A DNA stretch of 64,000 bases from Octopus vulgaris (GCA_951406725.2 OX597824.1:80042001-80106000), one strand, 5' to 3'. Counted from the first letter of the stretch, positions 26,230 to 40,936 are shown. A program made the numbers and translations. The notes: generated from the sequence alone by a model not told the origin.

Positions 26230-27600
26230 TTCAGAGGGATTTCGTTTTAGCAAGCAGCTGATAGTGGATACGTACTACTGACAAAGTTTCGAGCACCGCT
26301 TCTTCATGTAAATGAAAGAGACTTTCTTTGCCTGATTATGTTTTTTTTCTTTTACCGTATATTCATTTCTTATTGCGCACAAATTACCCAATCCTTGACC
26401 TTTCCGCGCAAATAAAAGAAACAATTACACTATCAATTTGGAGACAATTGAATGGCAGTCTTTCTAAAACATTAATTAAAAAAAAAATTGGACGGAACTA
26501 CTCTTCTGGTTCACTGAGCCTCTGTATTTATTGACAGAGGCATCGGATATAACGATAGGAGATCCTCCGTAACAAGAGATAGAATGAAAATAGAAAGCGT
26601 TCTCCTTCTCTTGGAGTCAATAAACATACGAAACCAAATATAGTATTTGCAGCAGCGAATTGTTGGCGGCTTACTAAGGCGGAAAACATTTTTGCCAATT
26701 AAAGACCGGAATTTTACAATTTACACACACCATAAACCGTTAATGTTTGCTATAATGATAACCAAAATGGCATTTACCTGCAGACTTCGTTCATCTGGAT
26801 TACGTATCGCAGTTCGCTATTGATGTTAACATATTAAAAGATGGTAAAAATACAGCCGCGGACAAACTATCCCGAAGCAGTGTCAACGCGCTACTCGTTT
26901 GCTTTTATCAGTTTAGAATAAACAGCACAGATCACAGTTTAGAATACTTCACGGAAACAATGAAAGATTTCTAAAGCTATGAAATTCGTTAGCTTCGTTA
27001 ATTATTCAGAAAATGTTAATTACGTCTTTAAATGAGTACATCTTGTGTAATATGTCCTAAAGATAAAGAACGTCTTTATATATCTGAAAATTACTGATTC
27101 TCAGTTTTCGATTCGCCACTCCATTTATATCGTCCAGGTACGCTCGCAACATGCAAATTAATATCGGCAGTCTTTATTTAAGCTAGTATCAACTTCAACT
27201 CTCGGATGTGACTAAGAAACTGCAAAATTCTACCATGTCATATCACCTTTGGGCAAGTTTGATTCGCCAGACACAATATTTGAACACGTGGTTCTACATC
27301 GATCTTGTAGAACCACTTGAACTATTAATTTGTTCGCCTGTCCAAACAATTACAGCAGATCTAGGGTCTGTTCCACTAGCCGACTATACAGCAGGAATAG
27401 ATGCCAAAGCATTTAACCATCACTAAATTTCCCAGATACAGAACAAAACTAATTATATACGACTAAGAGGAAGCGACAGCTTCAATCTCATTCGAGGAAG
27501 TAGCATGACTGCTACACTGCACTCGAGCATGTACGATAACTTATCCAGCAGCGAACGGCTTGGTTTTCACAGTCAACTTAAGAATCAATGCTCTTAAAGC
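26230..27600 (+). pseudogene. Highly decayed Gypsy pol (RNase H and integrase)
   Basis: ETKYS...ELLAAY...KHF...NFTIYTHHKPL (~26630-26745); RHLDYVSQF...KNTAADKLSR (~26790-26880); YIDLVEPL; TITADLG; ANGL..FHSQLK. Confidence 0.78.
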
Positions 27601-27812
27601 ACAACCGGACATGATAATTAGTTTGCATTTTCACACAGATCAAAACTTCTTTTCATAGTCATGCAAATCCACGCCGAGAAAACGGGAACAACGTGGAAGA
27701 CACGTACATCAAAATTGTTTTTCAATGGTACTTTTTTTATCGATCCCAAGAGGTATGAACGGCAAAATCGACTTCAGCGGAATTTGAACTCAGAACGTAA
27801 AGAAGGACAAAA

Positions 27813-28110
27813 GAACGACGAGTGTTCCAGTTGATCCGATCTACGGAACAATCTGTTCGTGCAATTAATGTGCAAATGGCTGAGCACTCCACAGACATGT
27901 GTACCCTTAACATAGTTCTCGGGGAGATTCAGCGTGACACAGAATGTGACAAGGCTGGCCGTTTGAAATACAAGTACAACTTATTTATGCCAGCTGAGTG
28001 AACAGGGCTAACGTGAAATAAAGCGTCTCGCATAACTCAAACATCGCGCCACCGGGAATCGAACTAAAGTCCTTAGAATCATAGCCGAATACCCTAACCA
28101 CTAAGCCAGG
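27813..28110 (-). mobile_element. Older SINE sharing the family C type-1 3' tail; preceded by a family B fragment (27727-27810)
   Basis: gagcactccacagac...cagcgtgacacaga tail shared with 20259-20652, with a different central region and a tRNA-like head at ~28050-28110. Confidence 0.75.
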
Positions 28111-28149
28111 TCACTTGAACACACACACACACACACATCTCTCTCACTT

Positions 28150-28184
<35 letters not shown>

Positions 28185-28221
28185 CTATATATATGTATAT
28201 ATATATATATATATATATAAG

Positions 28222-28738
28222 AACAGGTTGCTTGACCGCATACCGAAAAAATAGAAATAGCAGTCAAGAATGCTTATTTCTATCAAAGTTGGACTCCGGG
28301 CACGACAAACCCTGTAATTCACATATGCAAAACAGAAGGAATAGATTTACGAATTCAAACGTCTATGTAGGTTTAGCTTTTGCTCACTTTCTTCAAATAT
28401 TTTGACGTCGCATGGTCGGAAGGTTTGAGGTACGTAGCATTTGATAAATCTATGATAAATCTTTTTCAATGGAAAGCTGTGCTGAAGAAGGATGTGAAAT
28501 ATATATGCAATGTATATGAAATATATATCAAAAATATATATGAAATATATATTCAATATGTTTATAATCCAGAAACATGATGTTCACAGATAACCACCAG
28601 ACTTCGTTTTCGTTATCTATTCCTTCTGTTTTGCATATGTGAATTACAGGGTTTGTCGTGCCCGAGTCCAACTTTGATAGAAATAAGCATTCTTGACTGC
28701 TATTTCTATTTTTTCGGTATGCGGTCAAGCAACCTGTT
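28222..28738. mobile_element. Foldback/MITE-like element with ~125-bp terminal inverted repeats
   Basis: 28222-28346 is the reverse complement of 28615-28738 apart from about one indel, with a ~270-bp spacer. No clear TSD. Confidence 0.85.
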
Positions 28739-28890
28739 TGCCTGTCCCTTTTCTTATATACAATATATATACTGAACTTTACAGAAGTTCCTGCCGGTAA
28801 TCGGCTATATTTACATACCGAATTCTACCAGTAAATAATTGGGTTTTTTTTAAAAGCCTTTATAGAAATTATTTACTCTTATTATTATAT

Positions 28891-28921
<31 letters not shown>

Positions 28922-29197
28922 ATATATATATATATAAAATCAAGGAGAGGAGAAAACAAATTCAAAGGCCGAAGTATATATTCATTCAATCCATATTAAC
29001 GAAGTTCTACATGGTATACAAAATGCATACATAGATGCGTTCATCTATACGATATATAAAAACATTTTCCAAGAATTTATAAATACACATATATATACGA
29101 AAACTTATAAATATATAGAAATTCATATTCCTGAAGCTCTATCAGAGCGGTAATCGGTTGAACTGCATAGAGTGGACAGGTGTATCACGTATTTCTT

Positions 29198-29254
<57 letters not shown>

Positions 29255-29257
<3 letters not shown>

Positions 29258-30818
29258 TATTATAAAAGGCAGATTTTATCTGCCTCCCTTTGGGAGTTAT
29301 ACAAATCTACAATATAGGATTTCTTCAATTACAATTTACCTAGCATTTTTAAGAGTACAATGCATCGCGTCATGCCAGGTCCAGTTTTTAAAATTTAAAC
29401 TCCAATTAAGCAAAATTTACAGAAAACTCACATTCTGGTGTGTGTGTCAAATGCTTTTCTTAGTCTGGTTTACACCACACGCAAACGCATACACACAGTG
29501 GGCAACGAATAAAATGAAAGTAAATAGCGACAGAGTGATTTGAGGAAGACTAAACTGAAAGTATTTAAACCACTACTCAAAAAATAAAAAAACACAGCAA
29601 ACAGAAACAAATAAATACATAACCATTTACTCCTCACACAATTTCTTCAATTAGAATTTACCTAAGATTTTTCAGAGTACTTCAGTGGGTGATGCCATAA
29701 AATATTTCTTTCAATTTTACCACCAATTAAAACAAAATTCGAGAAAACTCAATATTTTAACATATCACTTCGAAAGCATTGATGTACATGTGTGCGTGCG
29801 TGAGTGTGTGTGTGTCATTCCTCACACACACGCATACACATACATATACAACTACATACAACTACATACACATACAACTACATACAAACACGTGTGTGTT
29901 TGTTATTAGTAAAAAAGGCGCCAAATCACAACTCACTTATCATTCCAACACATTTGCAAAGACACACGGACGGACAGAAAAGGTAAATTGGTTTTTATTT
30001 TACTCTGTATATATTTTATTATATAATATTATATATAGATATATGTATATATAATTGCAGTATGAAACAGTGTTTATGTATAAACAGACGACACTTATAT
30101 ATAGTTACCAAGCCGCCCGAATTTACCTATTCATATTTAAATGAGAATATCAGAGCAAATCTCTTTAGTACATTCGTGAAAACACGTATTATACTTCGTA
30201 AACACTTCAACTACAGTTTTGTACAAAAATCGAAGTGTAATTTTAATTCCGTGAATTATGGGAGATTTTTTTCCGAAATTTGTTCCTATTGTGTTTTCAA
30301 AATTTGTAATTCTGACAAAAAATGGATACGAATTTCATTATATCAAGCAGCGAGTCAGAATTCGAAGGATTTTCTACTGAAGACCTTCATAAATCTAACT
30401 CTATGACTGAAAAAAAAAAGCATCTTTATATAAGAGTGAAGTTGTGTGTCTGTCTCCTACGATTTAGATTCCTAACTACTCCCACATTTTGCGGTGCAGT
30501 TTAACCAAAAGCGGGTATCTTATAGTCGTGATTCATATCGATCCCTTCTGGGTATTAGCGTGCGTCTACGATGAGTCTACGATTTTAAAAAAAATTACCA
30601 TCATATTTTTCCATTTTAATGCATTTTTTTCGCTTTTATATAAGGGAAGTAACTCTCTAACAATATCTACGATGTGTCAACGATTTAAAAAAAAATTTAC
30701 CTTAATTTTTTTTTCAATTTTTAATGCATTTTTTTGCTATTTTTTGGCTATAACTCTCTAAAAATGCTTATATATTTATTTCCCTTACAACCCGAGCAAC
30801 GCCGGGCGATACTGCTAG
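29255..30818 (+). mobile_element. Composite non-autonomous Helitron
   Basis: 5' TC in a TA tract; 3' hairpin cccg-agcaacgc-cggg followed by CTAG; A|T insertion. A second 5' TC end at 30423 matches the short copies at 48399 and 59379. Confidence 0.85.
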
Positions 30819-31401
30819 TATATATATATATATATATATATTCAGGTGTGTGTACATAAATAATTTTTCTAGATAACGTGACTGTGTTCATTTGATGTAT
30901 TTACATGCTTGCGTTTCATTTGTAAGCTTCTTACACATGTTCACACTTGCACACATACACGTGTGTATGTGCGGGTGTGAGTGTGTGTGACAGTGAGCGC
31001 GCGTGCGTGCGCGCGTGTGTGTATGCAAGTACTTTTCGAATTGTATGGATGAATGTATAGTCTATATTCATATCCATCCATCCATCCATCCATCCATCCA
31101 TCCATCCAACCAATCATCCATCCATACAAGCGGACACGCTCCTAGGCACGCACAGACGTACATGCACACAAATTCTCAAACCCATGCACAAACCAAATGC
31201 GTACACATAGACACATACATACATATGCTTTAAAATATCTGAATCTATGTATGTACACATATCTCTCTCTATCTGTTCTATCTATTTATCTATCTATCTA
31301 CAAACACACACAAACATATACTCCGTTTACAATTAGGTATAGATATACATACATTTATATTTATGCGCATATACATACAAAAATAGGCATATTTATATAT
31401 G

Positions 31402-31432
<31 letters not shown>

Positions 31433-31509
31433 GTATATATATATGTATATATACATGTATATATATGTGTATATATATATGTATATATATATGTATATAT
31501 ACATGTATA

Positions 31510-31598
<89 letters not shown>

Positions 31599-32115
31599 GC
31601 ATACATACACACATAGATTCATACATATGTATACACACGCACACACACGTTTACATAGTGATACTCGCATTAAATTATGTCCACCCTCCAAGCGGTGTAC
31701 AGCACTCCAGCTGCGCAGCCGTTAGAATTTTGAATAAACATTTCCGTCGCTGCAGCTAAACAGCAACTGAACAAAGGAACCAGAATCTACATCCATAGAC
31801 CCTTCTAGAACAGTAGGGTGTCATTTTACGAGCGGATATTGAAACCAAGTATTTAGATCCCTTTGAGCTAAAGGATTCCACGCTCTCTTGTATGAATTTG
31901 AGTGGTGAAGCGGTGAAGGCAAACAAAACTGACAAAAACATCAGTCATACTGATAGCCATAGATTTTAATAAACTTGTAGGACTTTTTCTATTTATTTCA
32001 CATTTCCCTACACGTTATATAAAAACATTTGAGTTAACAGTTAAACAATTGGCTGTAGTTACGTTTAAGGACGTTTCAGATATCCCCCGTTTTGAATGCG
32101 GATGTGTAATGCTGT

Positions 32116-32174
<59 letters not shown>

Positions 32175-32344
32175 GTTTGTCTGTCAGTCTATCTATCTGT
32201 CTGTCTGTTTGCCTGACTGTCTGTCTAACTATCTATCTAGCTATCTATCTATCTGTGTACATGTCTGTCTAGTTTTCTATCTACCTATCTGTCTGTTTTT
32301 CTCTCTCTGTCTATTTATCCGTCCATCCACCTGTCTTTCTATCC

Positions 32345-32436
<92 letters not shown>

Positions 32437-32740
32437 GTCTGTCTGTCTGTCTGTCTATCTACCTATCTTCCTATCTATCTATGTATGTTCTTGTAATATA
32501 GGATAACATTTTTCCCCAAAATATCATCAAGTGGCCAGCATATTAATATACCTTTAAAGGTGAAAATTATAGACAGTTACAAATAAGGGCAAAAGAAAAA
32601 ATGTCTATGCCAATATGCTGAGAAATAGCCTTTAAATCGTCAATCCCCACATACGATATACATCACCATGAATACACATTCTGCTGAAATCGAGGAAAGC
32701 AAGCTAACGAATTTTTCAAAATTCATTGTGATGTATGAAT

Positions 32741-32862
32741 CACATGATTCCGGGTTCAGTCCCACTGCGTGGCACCTTGGGCAAGTGTCTTCTACTATAG
32801 CCTCTTGTCGACCAAAGACTTGTGATTGGATTTGGTAAACGGAAACTGAAAGAAACCCGTCG

Positions 32863-32923
<61 letters not shown>

Positions 32924-32987
32924 TTGTGTGCCTGTGTTAGTACCCCCAGCATCGCTTGATAACCGATGCTGGTGTGTTTACGTCCCC

Positions 32988-32990
<3 letters not shown>
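32741..32990 (+). mobile_element. SINE family A, partial
   Basis: Sequence match to family A, truncated at a (TAA)n tract. Confidence 0.85.
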
Positions 32991-33035
<45 letters not shown>

Positions 33036-33038
<3 letters not shown>

Positions 33039-33660
33039 GCTAATCGTCTAGACATAATAATCTAGGATTGGGACAAAAAAAAAAAACACTAATTTACTGC
33101 AAGAAATTGCCGTCTCTTCTGATCAAAATAATGTCCAAAAACTAGTGGAGAAATAGTCAAAGTACAAAGACTTCGAAGTTGAAGTATGCAAGATGTGGGG
33201 TATGGAGGTTAAAACAATATTAATAATAATTGAAGCAATGGGCATGAAAAAAGCATATGAACAAAAATTTAAAAATTAGAACCGGATCCTCAACACTACA
33301 CAGTATCCCACCCCACCACCAAAAGGTCTGCTAGGAATAGCCCACATAGTACGCAAGACATTATCAATTCAATAATAGTATCCCAACAAAGCAATCCACA
33401 AGCACAAGACACTCTATACAGCAGTTATCCAATGAAATAAACTTTCACCAGTAAGCTACTTAACCAACGCAACACAATACAAACGATAATACAATAAAAG
33501 ACTGCAACACACCTCAAAAGAAAAAAAGAATGACGCAATACAATACCGGAAAGTGTTTGCACACTCCAAACAAAAGAAAAGAATACACAATGCTACACAC
33601 AGCCCAGCAACACGGAGGTTTAGCAGGTGATACCGAAGATATTTGCTTGACTATTAGCAA
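33036..33660 (+). pseudogene. R4/Dong-clade non-LTR element, 3' end (restriction-like endonuclease and 3' UTR)
   Basis: KANRLDII...EIAVSSDQN...EK.SKYKDFEVEVCKMWGM..KTILIII.AMG...LLGIAHIVRKTLS. (TAA)n-like repeats on both sides. Confidence 0.8.
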
Positions 33661-33899
33661 ATGTTGAACAATTATAATAATAATAATCACGATGATGATG
33701 ATAATGATGATGATGGGATGATGATAACAATTGTTTCAAATTTTGGAACAAAGCCATCGATTAAATTTCTTCATTTGTTCGGCATTCAGAACACTATTAT
33801 AAAATTCGTTCATGCTTATCAAATATACAACGTTAAAACAATTACGCGAAACACCGTGTGTCTGCGTATGCATGCGTGTGCGTGCGTAAGAGGAACAAA

Positions 33900-33932
<33 letters not shown>

Positions 33933-34109
33933 GATGAAAAGGATGGTTATACAAGGACTCTTTAAAGATTTGTGTAAGATTAAAATCATACAATAAGACA
34001 AAGAAAATAAATAAAATTAAATATTATTAAAAAAGTGCATAGAGAAAGTCGTTTACGGTTGCTCAGTCATACAATGAGAGCGAGAAAGCCATTGGTTAGG
34101 TCTGTTCAA

Positions 34110-34187
<78 letters not shown>

Positions 34188-34199
34188 TGTGTGCTTTAA

Positions 34200-34389
34200 T
34201 ATTTTGCTTGTTTCAGTCAGTAGACTGCAGCCATGAAGGTTTTGGTCGAACAATTAGACTCCAGTGATGTTTTTTGAAAAATAATCTAGCACTTATTCTA
34301 TCGGATACTTTTTGCTGAATCGCTAAATTACGGGGACATAAACAAACCAACAAACCAAGCGGTAGTGTGGGACAAACACACACTAGACT

Positions 34390-34445
<56 letters not shown>

Positions 34446-34680
34446 CATTCATACATACATGCATGCTCAGACATATATATTTGTTTCATCATTTGACTGC
34501 GGCCATGCTGGAGCACCGCCTTTAGTCGAAGAAATCGACCCCAGGACTTATTCTTTGTAAGTCTAGTACGTATTCTACCGGTTACTTTCGCCGAACCGCT
34601 AAGTTACGGAGACGTAACTACACCAGCATCGGTTGTCAAGTGATGGTGGCGAGACAGACACAGGCACACAGACACACACA
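34200..34680 (-). mobile_element. Two partial SINE family A 3' halves
   Basis: Reverse-complement matches (ggccatgctggagcaccgcc; gaaccgctaagttacgg). Confidence 0.8.
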
Positions 34681-34962
34681 TACACGCACACGCGAGTGCA
34701 AGCACATACAGATGTTAAATTATGTAGAATGAATGAGTGGGAAGTGCTCAATACTTCACGTAGAGCATATGGATAACTACAAATAGAAATTTATCTCACT
34801 GTGTCATGAAACATGGTTAGAAGTTATATTCCATATCACGACGTAGTCCACTTTTAACACACGCCACACATTACTTATACTTTCATACATACACGCATAT
34901 ATATATATGCGTGTGTGTATGTGTGCGTGTGTGTATATATATATGTATTGGTATATATATAT

Positions 34963-35030
<68 letters not shown>

Positions 35031-35504
35031 CTGCAAATGTAATATGTGACAATTATTCGGTGCATTTGAAAGATACACATAAATATAATTTGTTGAACTC
35101 TATACATGCGGGATTTCGGTCGAGCGTTCTGTATTTAGTTCTGGAAATTATGTTTTTAAACGACAGACTATGCTGATGATCTTGCAGATGTTCGCATGTA
35201 CATATACGTGGATATTAACAAGTGAAACTAATTAGTACATAGGTAATCGTTTTTTTATTTCGTATATCTTCATTTGTCTTGCTTATTTTTACACTTTGGT
35301 TTTGGCTGGGGTTTTTCTTGAGAACACATTCTTAGTGGAAAATAGCGATTTTGACGCCTATATCTAGCATATAGACTGTTCACTTTTAGTGGTCAGTCCT
35401 TTAAATGTTGTATGTAAAAAATATTTTCAATCTTTGGATTTTTTAAATATGCTAGGTCGCTGGTTTTAATTGATTAATATCAATTTCTACCCTTATTTAA
35501 TTAA

Positions 35505-35571
<67 letters not shown>

Positions 35572-35888
35572 TTATATATATGTACACGCACGCACACACA
35601 TATATATGTGTATATACGTATGCGTATATATTAGTATATATAATATATATGTATTTATACACATGCATATCTTTATACATACATATGCATGTACGTGTGT
35701 CTTTGGGTGTGTACAATGCGTTTCTTATAACGCATAAATCAGTTGAATAAATGATGTTGTCTTTTGTTATGTTATGTCACATCTCGAAAAGCTCGCCGTA
35801 TATCAAAAGATCTTCAGTATTCAGGACATATTCCTATTAACAAGTTAGCTGCCCACACGACAAGTATTTACAAGATATTTCTACTACT

Positions 35889-35970
<82 letters not shown>

Positions 35971-36521
35971 GGGAGAGAGAGGGAGAGAGAAAGAAGCAAT
36001 AATCTCATTCGGTCAGATGCGTAACAGAAAGTTTAATAAAAAGCATTAACAAAATGGAGCAGCGATCATCGAATTTTCTGTTATCACAAATGAACATGAT
36101 ACTAAATATTCAATACTGTAATTTTCGCTGCTGCTTGCTTTATTAATTTATCTATTTAGATTTGTTTATTTATTTATTTATTTATTTATGTATATATTTA
36201 ATTTTTTGCCGTTTGGTATTTGCTTAAATTTATATTTGTGTGTGTATATATATTTTTTTGTTATCTGTTCACTGTTGAAACATATTTACTATGGAATCAT
36301 AAATTTAAGACGTGTATAATCCTTGCGCAGGCTCACTAGCAAATAGCGTAACAGATTTCCGGTTTGATATGTAGGCATATGTTCACACACACACACACAT
36401 ATATACACGCACACGCACACGTACACACACACCACACACATATAATATATTGTGTAATGTATATATGTACGTGAGTGTATGTGTGTATACATACATACAT
36501 ATGTACATACATATATATACA

Positions 36522-36597
<76 letters not shown>

Positions 36598-36635
36598 TAT
36601 ATACACACATATGCATATACGTATGTAACAAAATA

Positions 36636-36666
<31 letters not shown>

Positions 36667-37540
36667 GAGTCTGTGTGTTTGCATGAGTGTGTGTGAGTGT
36701 GTGTATGTGTGTGTCTGTATATCTATATATATATATGTGTCTACATGTGTGCGTGTGTGTGAATATAAACCCGTATGTACCGTTGTGTATATGTGCACAC
36801 ACATACACACACAGACACTCACTCAAACACATTCACGCACACACACAAACAGGCTCACACACATACACACACAAACAGACTCACACACATACACACACAG
36901 ACTCACACACAAACACACTCACACTTTAACACATACACACGCAAATACATACGCAACCATATATTAAGCAATATGTTTGGCAAAAAGAGAGGAAAACATA
37001 CAAGGAATTAAGGAAGCGAAACCAAAAAGTTTTAGAAAAAAATGACAAAATTCAAGAAATACTAAACAACTCTAAATTCCTCGGGCATCGTATTTGAGTC
37101 GTTCCATTGATTTATTTTTTTAGGAATATTCTATGTATTCTGCTTAAATTAACAAATAGATAATATGAAAAATTGCCTAATCAATCAAAGTAGCAAACAG
37201 TTTTCGTTGAAACTGCTGACATCTTTCATTTGCAATATAAATAAATCTGAAATATGTTCCGCTGCTTTTAATACTCCACGTGTTTAATACGTTAACACTT
37301 TTAAAGCATTGTTAAAATGTGGATGCACAAATATTAATGATTTGTTCTTTAAAGAAATTTATTTTCCGATGCTAACCAGTTTACAATTTTTTCTAACAAT
37401 ACTGAATAACTAACTCTCTGATCGATACTTCTGCAAATACAGTTACGTTTTTATTCGCTGATGAGACTGTAATTGTGCTGAAACATGCCTTTAATTGTTT
37501 CCCACATTTGACAAAAAAAATAATAATAAAGAAATAAAAA

Positions 37541-37696
37541 GGAGTGGCTGTGTGGTAAGTAGCTTGCTAACCAACCACATGGTTCCGGGTTCAGTCCCAC
37601 TGCGTGGCATCTTGGGCAAGTGTCTTCTGCTATAGCCCCAGGCCGACCAATGCCTTGTGAGTGGATTTGGTAGATGGAAACTGAAAGAAGCCTGTC

Positions 37697-37735
<39 letters not shown>

Positions 37736-37953
37736 TGTGTGTGTATATGTTTGTGTGTCTGTGTTTGTCCCACTAGCATTGCTTGACAACCGATGCTGGT
37801 GTGTTTACGTCCCCGTCACTTAGCGGTTCGGCAAAAGAGACCGATAGAATAAGTACTGGGCTTACAAAGAATAAGTCCTGGGGTCGATGTGCTCGACTAA
37901 AGGCGGTGCTCCAGCATGGCCGCAGTCAAATGACTGAAACAAGTAAAAGAGTA
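37541..37953 (+). mobile_element. SINE family A, full length
   Basis: High similarity to 4095 and 21939. Confidence 0.92.
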
Positions 37954-38460
37954 ATATGGTTCCTTGGCTAATAATATTTTGTTTTTTCACATGTATCCAT
38001 AAGTTTTCTCACTTATATCCATCAGTTTCAGTATCCTTGATGTTTTATTGTTAGGTAGTTATACACCATCAAACGACACTACTTTCTCTTTTTATATAAT
38101 AAGCATACCACATTTTTTGTCCCAAATTCCATTCCTTTATCCTTACCGAATATCTGCACTGTTGAAACTAGGCCATTTATTTCACGTTCGGTCTTACCAA
38201 AGATCTTTAAGTCACCCATATATAACAGAGAATTTAATTTTCTACCACTTTAAACGTGTACCCCGATGTCACTTTATGTAGTGTCTGCGTTAGGGGTATC
38301 ATACAAATCATAAACAGCAATAGTGATAGGCTATCTCCCTGAAATATGCCTCTTCTGATGTTAATCCTCATTAAAATTTGCCACATGAAGTTAATTTTCT
38401 GTTCCAGTTCTTCATTGATCTCCTAGTAAAATTTGAGGTGTTAGCAGACACCCGTACCAG

Positions 38461-38495
<35 letters not shown>

Positions 38496-38603
38496 CATTA
38501 TTATTATTATTATTATTATCATCATTATTATTATTATCATTATTACTATCATCATTATCATTATCATTATTATTATTATCATTATTATTATTATTATTAT
38601 TAT

Positions 38604-39182
38604 TGAGTGAGATAGCAGTGTATGCCATCAAAGTGACACTTGGGTAAAATATACGAAGCCCAGTATACCCAACGTAACTCCCCGTCTGATAAGGGCACAA
38701 TATAAGGGTACACTACCTGATAAGGGTACACTATGCATCACAACCATATGTGCGCGACATGGTGATCTCATATCAAGATAAACAGCACATAACCTTGCAG
38801 ATGGGTCTCAGTTAGAATTTTCTTCTGGTAGAGTAGCACATCCTGCTCAAAACTCCCTGAAGAAGGATTATTTAAGGATGTTGAACGAACACCCATGTTT
38901 CCTGAGGTGAATTATTCAAACTCCAAAGAATCCTTCTCAACACATGGCTATGATGCTCCCCCACTACTTCTGCTCGTGATCAGAGATGCACTTATCGTCA
39001 GCCACTAAGGGATATTCTCATCTGGTTATGGTCAAACAACTGACAAGCAAACCTGTGGTATTGAGCAGAATATTTGCTGTAGCCCATCTTTTATACTAAG
39101 ACAAAACAATGTACATGATAACACTTCCAATCAGTTAAGAGCAGAAGCCATGAGAGCTACTGCCGCGTACTACATCAGGGCA
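38604..39182 (-). mobile_element. ~560-bp non-coding element inserted in (TAA)n, copy 1
   Basis: Three highly similar copies (38604, 51497, 56241), each flanked by TAA/TTA repeats. Strand is defined by the ...ctctcactca(ATA)n end. Confidence 0.85.
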
Positions 39183-39329
39183 TTTATTATTAGTCGATTA
39201 CATCATTTCTAGTACTAAGTTGACTCACAAAGTAGGGAAGACATTATTTCTACAGTTATCCTTAGTACCAGAAACGGTATTAATGGACATGAGAGAATAA
39301 GTTTCTATGTTACATAAGTAATTTACAGC

Positions 39330-40540
39330 TACACGCAACATTTAAATGAAATGACTGCAACATCCACATATAATATCTGGAAAGTAAACTTTGAATCCTG
39401 TTAGATTAGGTAATTTAAGAAAAAACAGATTGTTTAAATGAATACGATTCCAAGCATAGAAATAGAATTCTAAACACTTGTTTACGTAATGAAAATACGG
39501 ATGGCGAAAAAGAAAAAAAACCAAACACAAAATTTACAAGTAACTAAAATAAAAACAACATTTAAGTTTAAAACTAAGAATTTAAACCCAAAAGATAATT
39601 ATAGCACGTGCTAAACAAACAAAACAAATAATTAATAGAAAAATTAGAGCTGATGTTTGGAATAATGAACAACAACAACAACAACCAAACTAGAACAACA
39701 GAAGCGAATATATGGATAAAAATGAATAGGTGAATGATTTTAGAATTGAAAATTTGAAGATTGGAAATAACGAATGTGATTACAATTTAAAGATGTAAAT
39801 AATTAAAAGAGATAGGATGTATTTTTTGAGACAAATGAACGGATGTTAAAATAGCAACAGCAATGAGAAGAAAAAAATATGGTCACCGAAGAATTGAAGA
39901 AACAAGATATGACTAACAGTATAGAAAAAGATTTGACAACCAATATAGCTAGAAAATATAAAATAATACAGATTCTTCTTCAGATCTATCCATGGAGGAA
40001 TATGAAAATAAAGAAAACAGCGTAAAAAAATCGAATAGATCGAAAGACAGAAAATAAGAGAAAAGATCATTCGATTTTTAATGAAATCACTAACAAGAGG
40101 AAATGAATGTGAGGAAAGATTGTAAACAAGTACTTCAAAATAACACAGACCGCCAAAATAAAAAGTACCGTACTCGATGACTTGTAGAACGCTCTTATTT
40201 ACCCCGCTTCACACACACAAAAAAAAATCACAAAAAAGGTCTCCCTGGTTCTATATGCAGAATTGGTTCTCAGATAAACTTTAATACATTAAACATTTTT
40301 CGTGAATTACACTACTGAAATAGGGCGCGTCTGATATGTCCAGGTCTCTTTTAAATTGTCATGTATATACGGATATACGGTTATCATTATCAAAGAAGGC
40401 TTGGTAAATTTACAAATGCTGCCAAAACTGTATGAGAAAACCATCTGATTAGACTTCAACTTAAAACAATACAGCAAAAACCAATGTAGCACAAATTGCA
40501 AGAGAAATTTAGGAATTCTGGGAAGAAGTAAGGTAGGTGA
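39330..40540 (+). pseudogene. Very old APE-type LINE remnant (RTE-like)
   Basis: Degenerate motifs only: NE.G....NLKIGN (~39720-39770), WSP...NKI (~39880), D.SSD, and TNCR.I.IL (~40490). Confidence 0.4.
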
Positions 40541-40554
40541 AGGAATTACACAAA

Positions 40555-40936
40555 GGAAAGGCGGCGAGCTGGCAGAAACGTTAGCACGTCGGGCGAAATG
40601 CTTAGCGGTATTTTGCCTGCCGCTACGAGCTGAGTTCAAATTCCGCCGAGGTCGACTTCCTTTCGGGGTCGATTAAAGAAGTACCAGTTATGCACTAGAG
40701 TCGATGTAATCGGCTTAATCCGTTTTTGTCTGTCCTTGTTTGTCCTCTCTGTGGGTAGTAAAGAAATAGGTATTTTGTCTGCCGTTATGTTCTGAGTTCA
40801 AATTCCGCCGAGGTCGACTTTGCCTTTCATCCTTTCGGGGTCAATTAAATAGGTACCAGTTACGCACTGGGGTTGATATAATCGACTTAATACGTTTGCC
40901 CCTCTGTGTTTAGCCCCTTGTGGGTAGTAAAGAAAT
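40555..40936 (+). repeat. SINE family B dimer within one 14-bp TSD
   Basis: TSD aggaattacacaaa at 40541-40554 and 40937-40950. Junction aaagaaatag|gtattttgtctgcc at ~40770. Confidence 0.92.

Noticed and set aside
35165-35190. gactatgctgatgatcttgca (DYADDLA, an RT-like motif; also contains CTGATGA)
   Set aside because: Isolated 7-codon match with no flanking RT motifs, and no GAAA or stems for a hammerhead.
35316-35360. TTGAGAA-CAC..GTG-GAAA possible U3:A8 hammerhead
   Set aside because: No convincing stem I, so it was left uncalled, although the downstream sequence resembles the repeat end at 59150-59250.
37457-37492. CTGATGA...GAAACATG hammerhead-like string
   Set aside because: Stem II is weak, there is no NUH triplet and no stem I pairing; chance match or too decayed to call.
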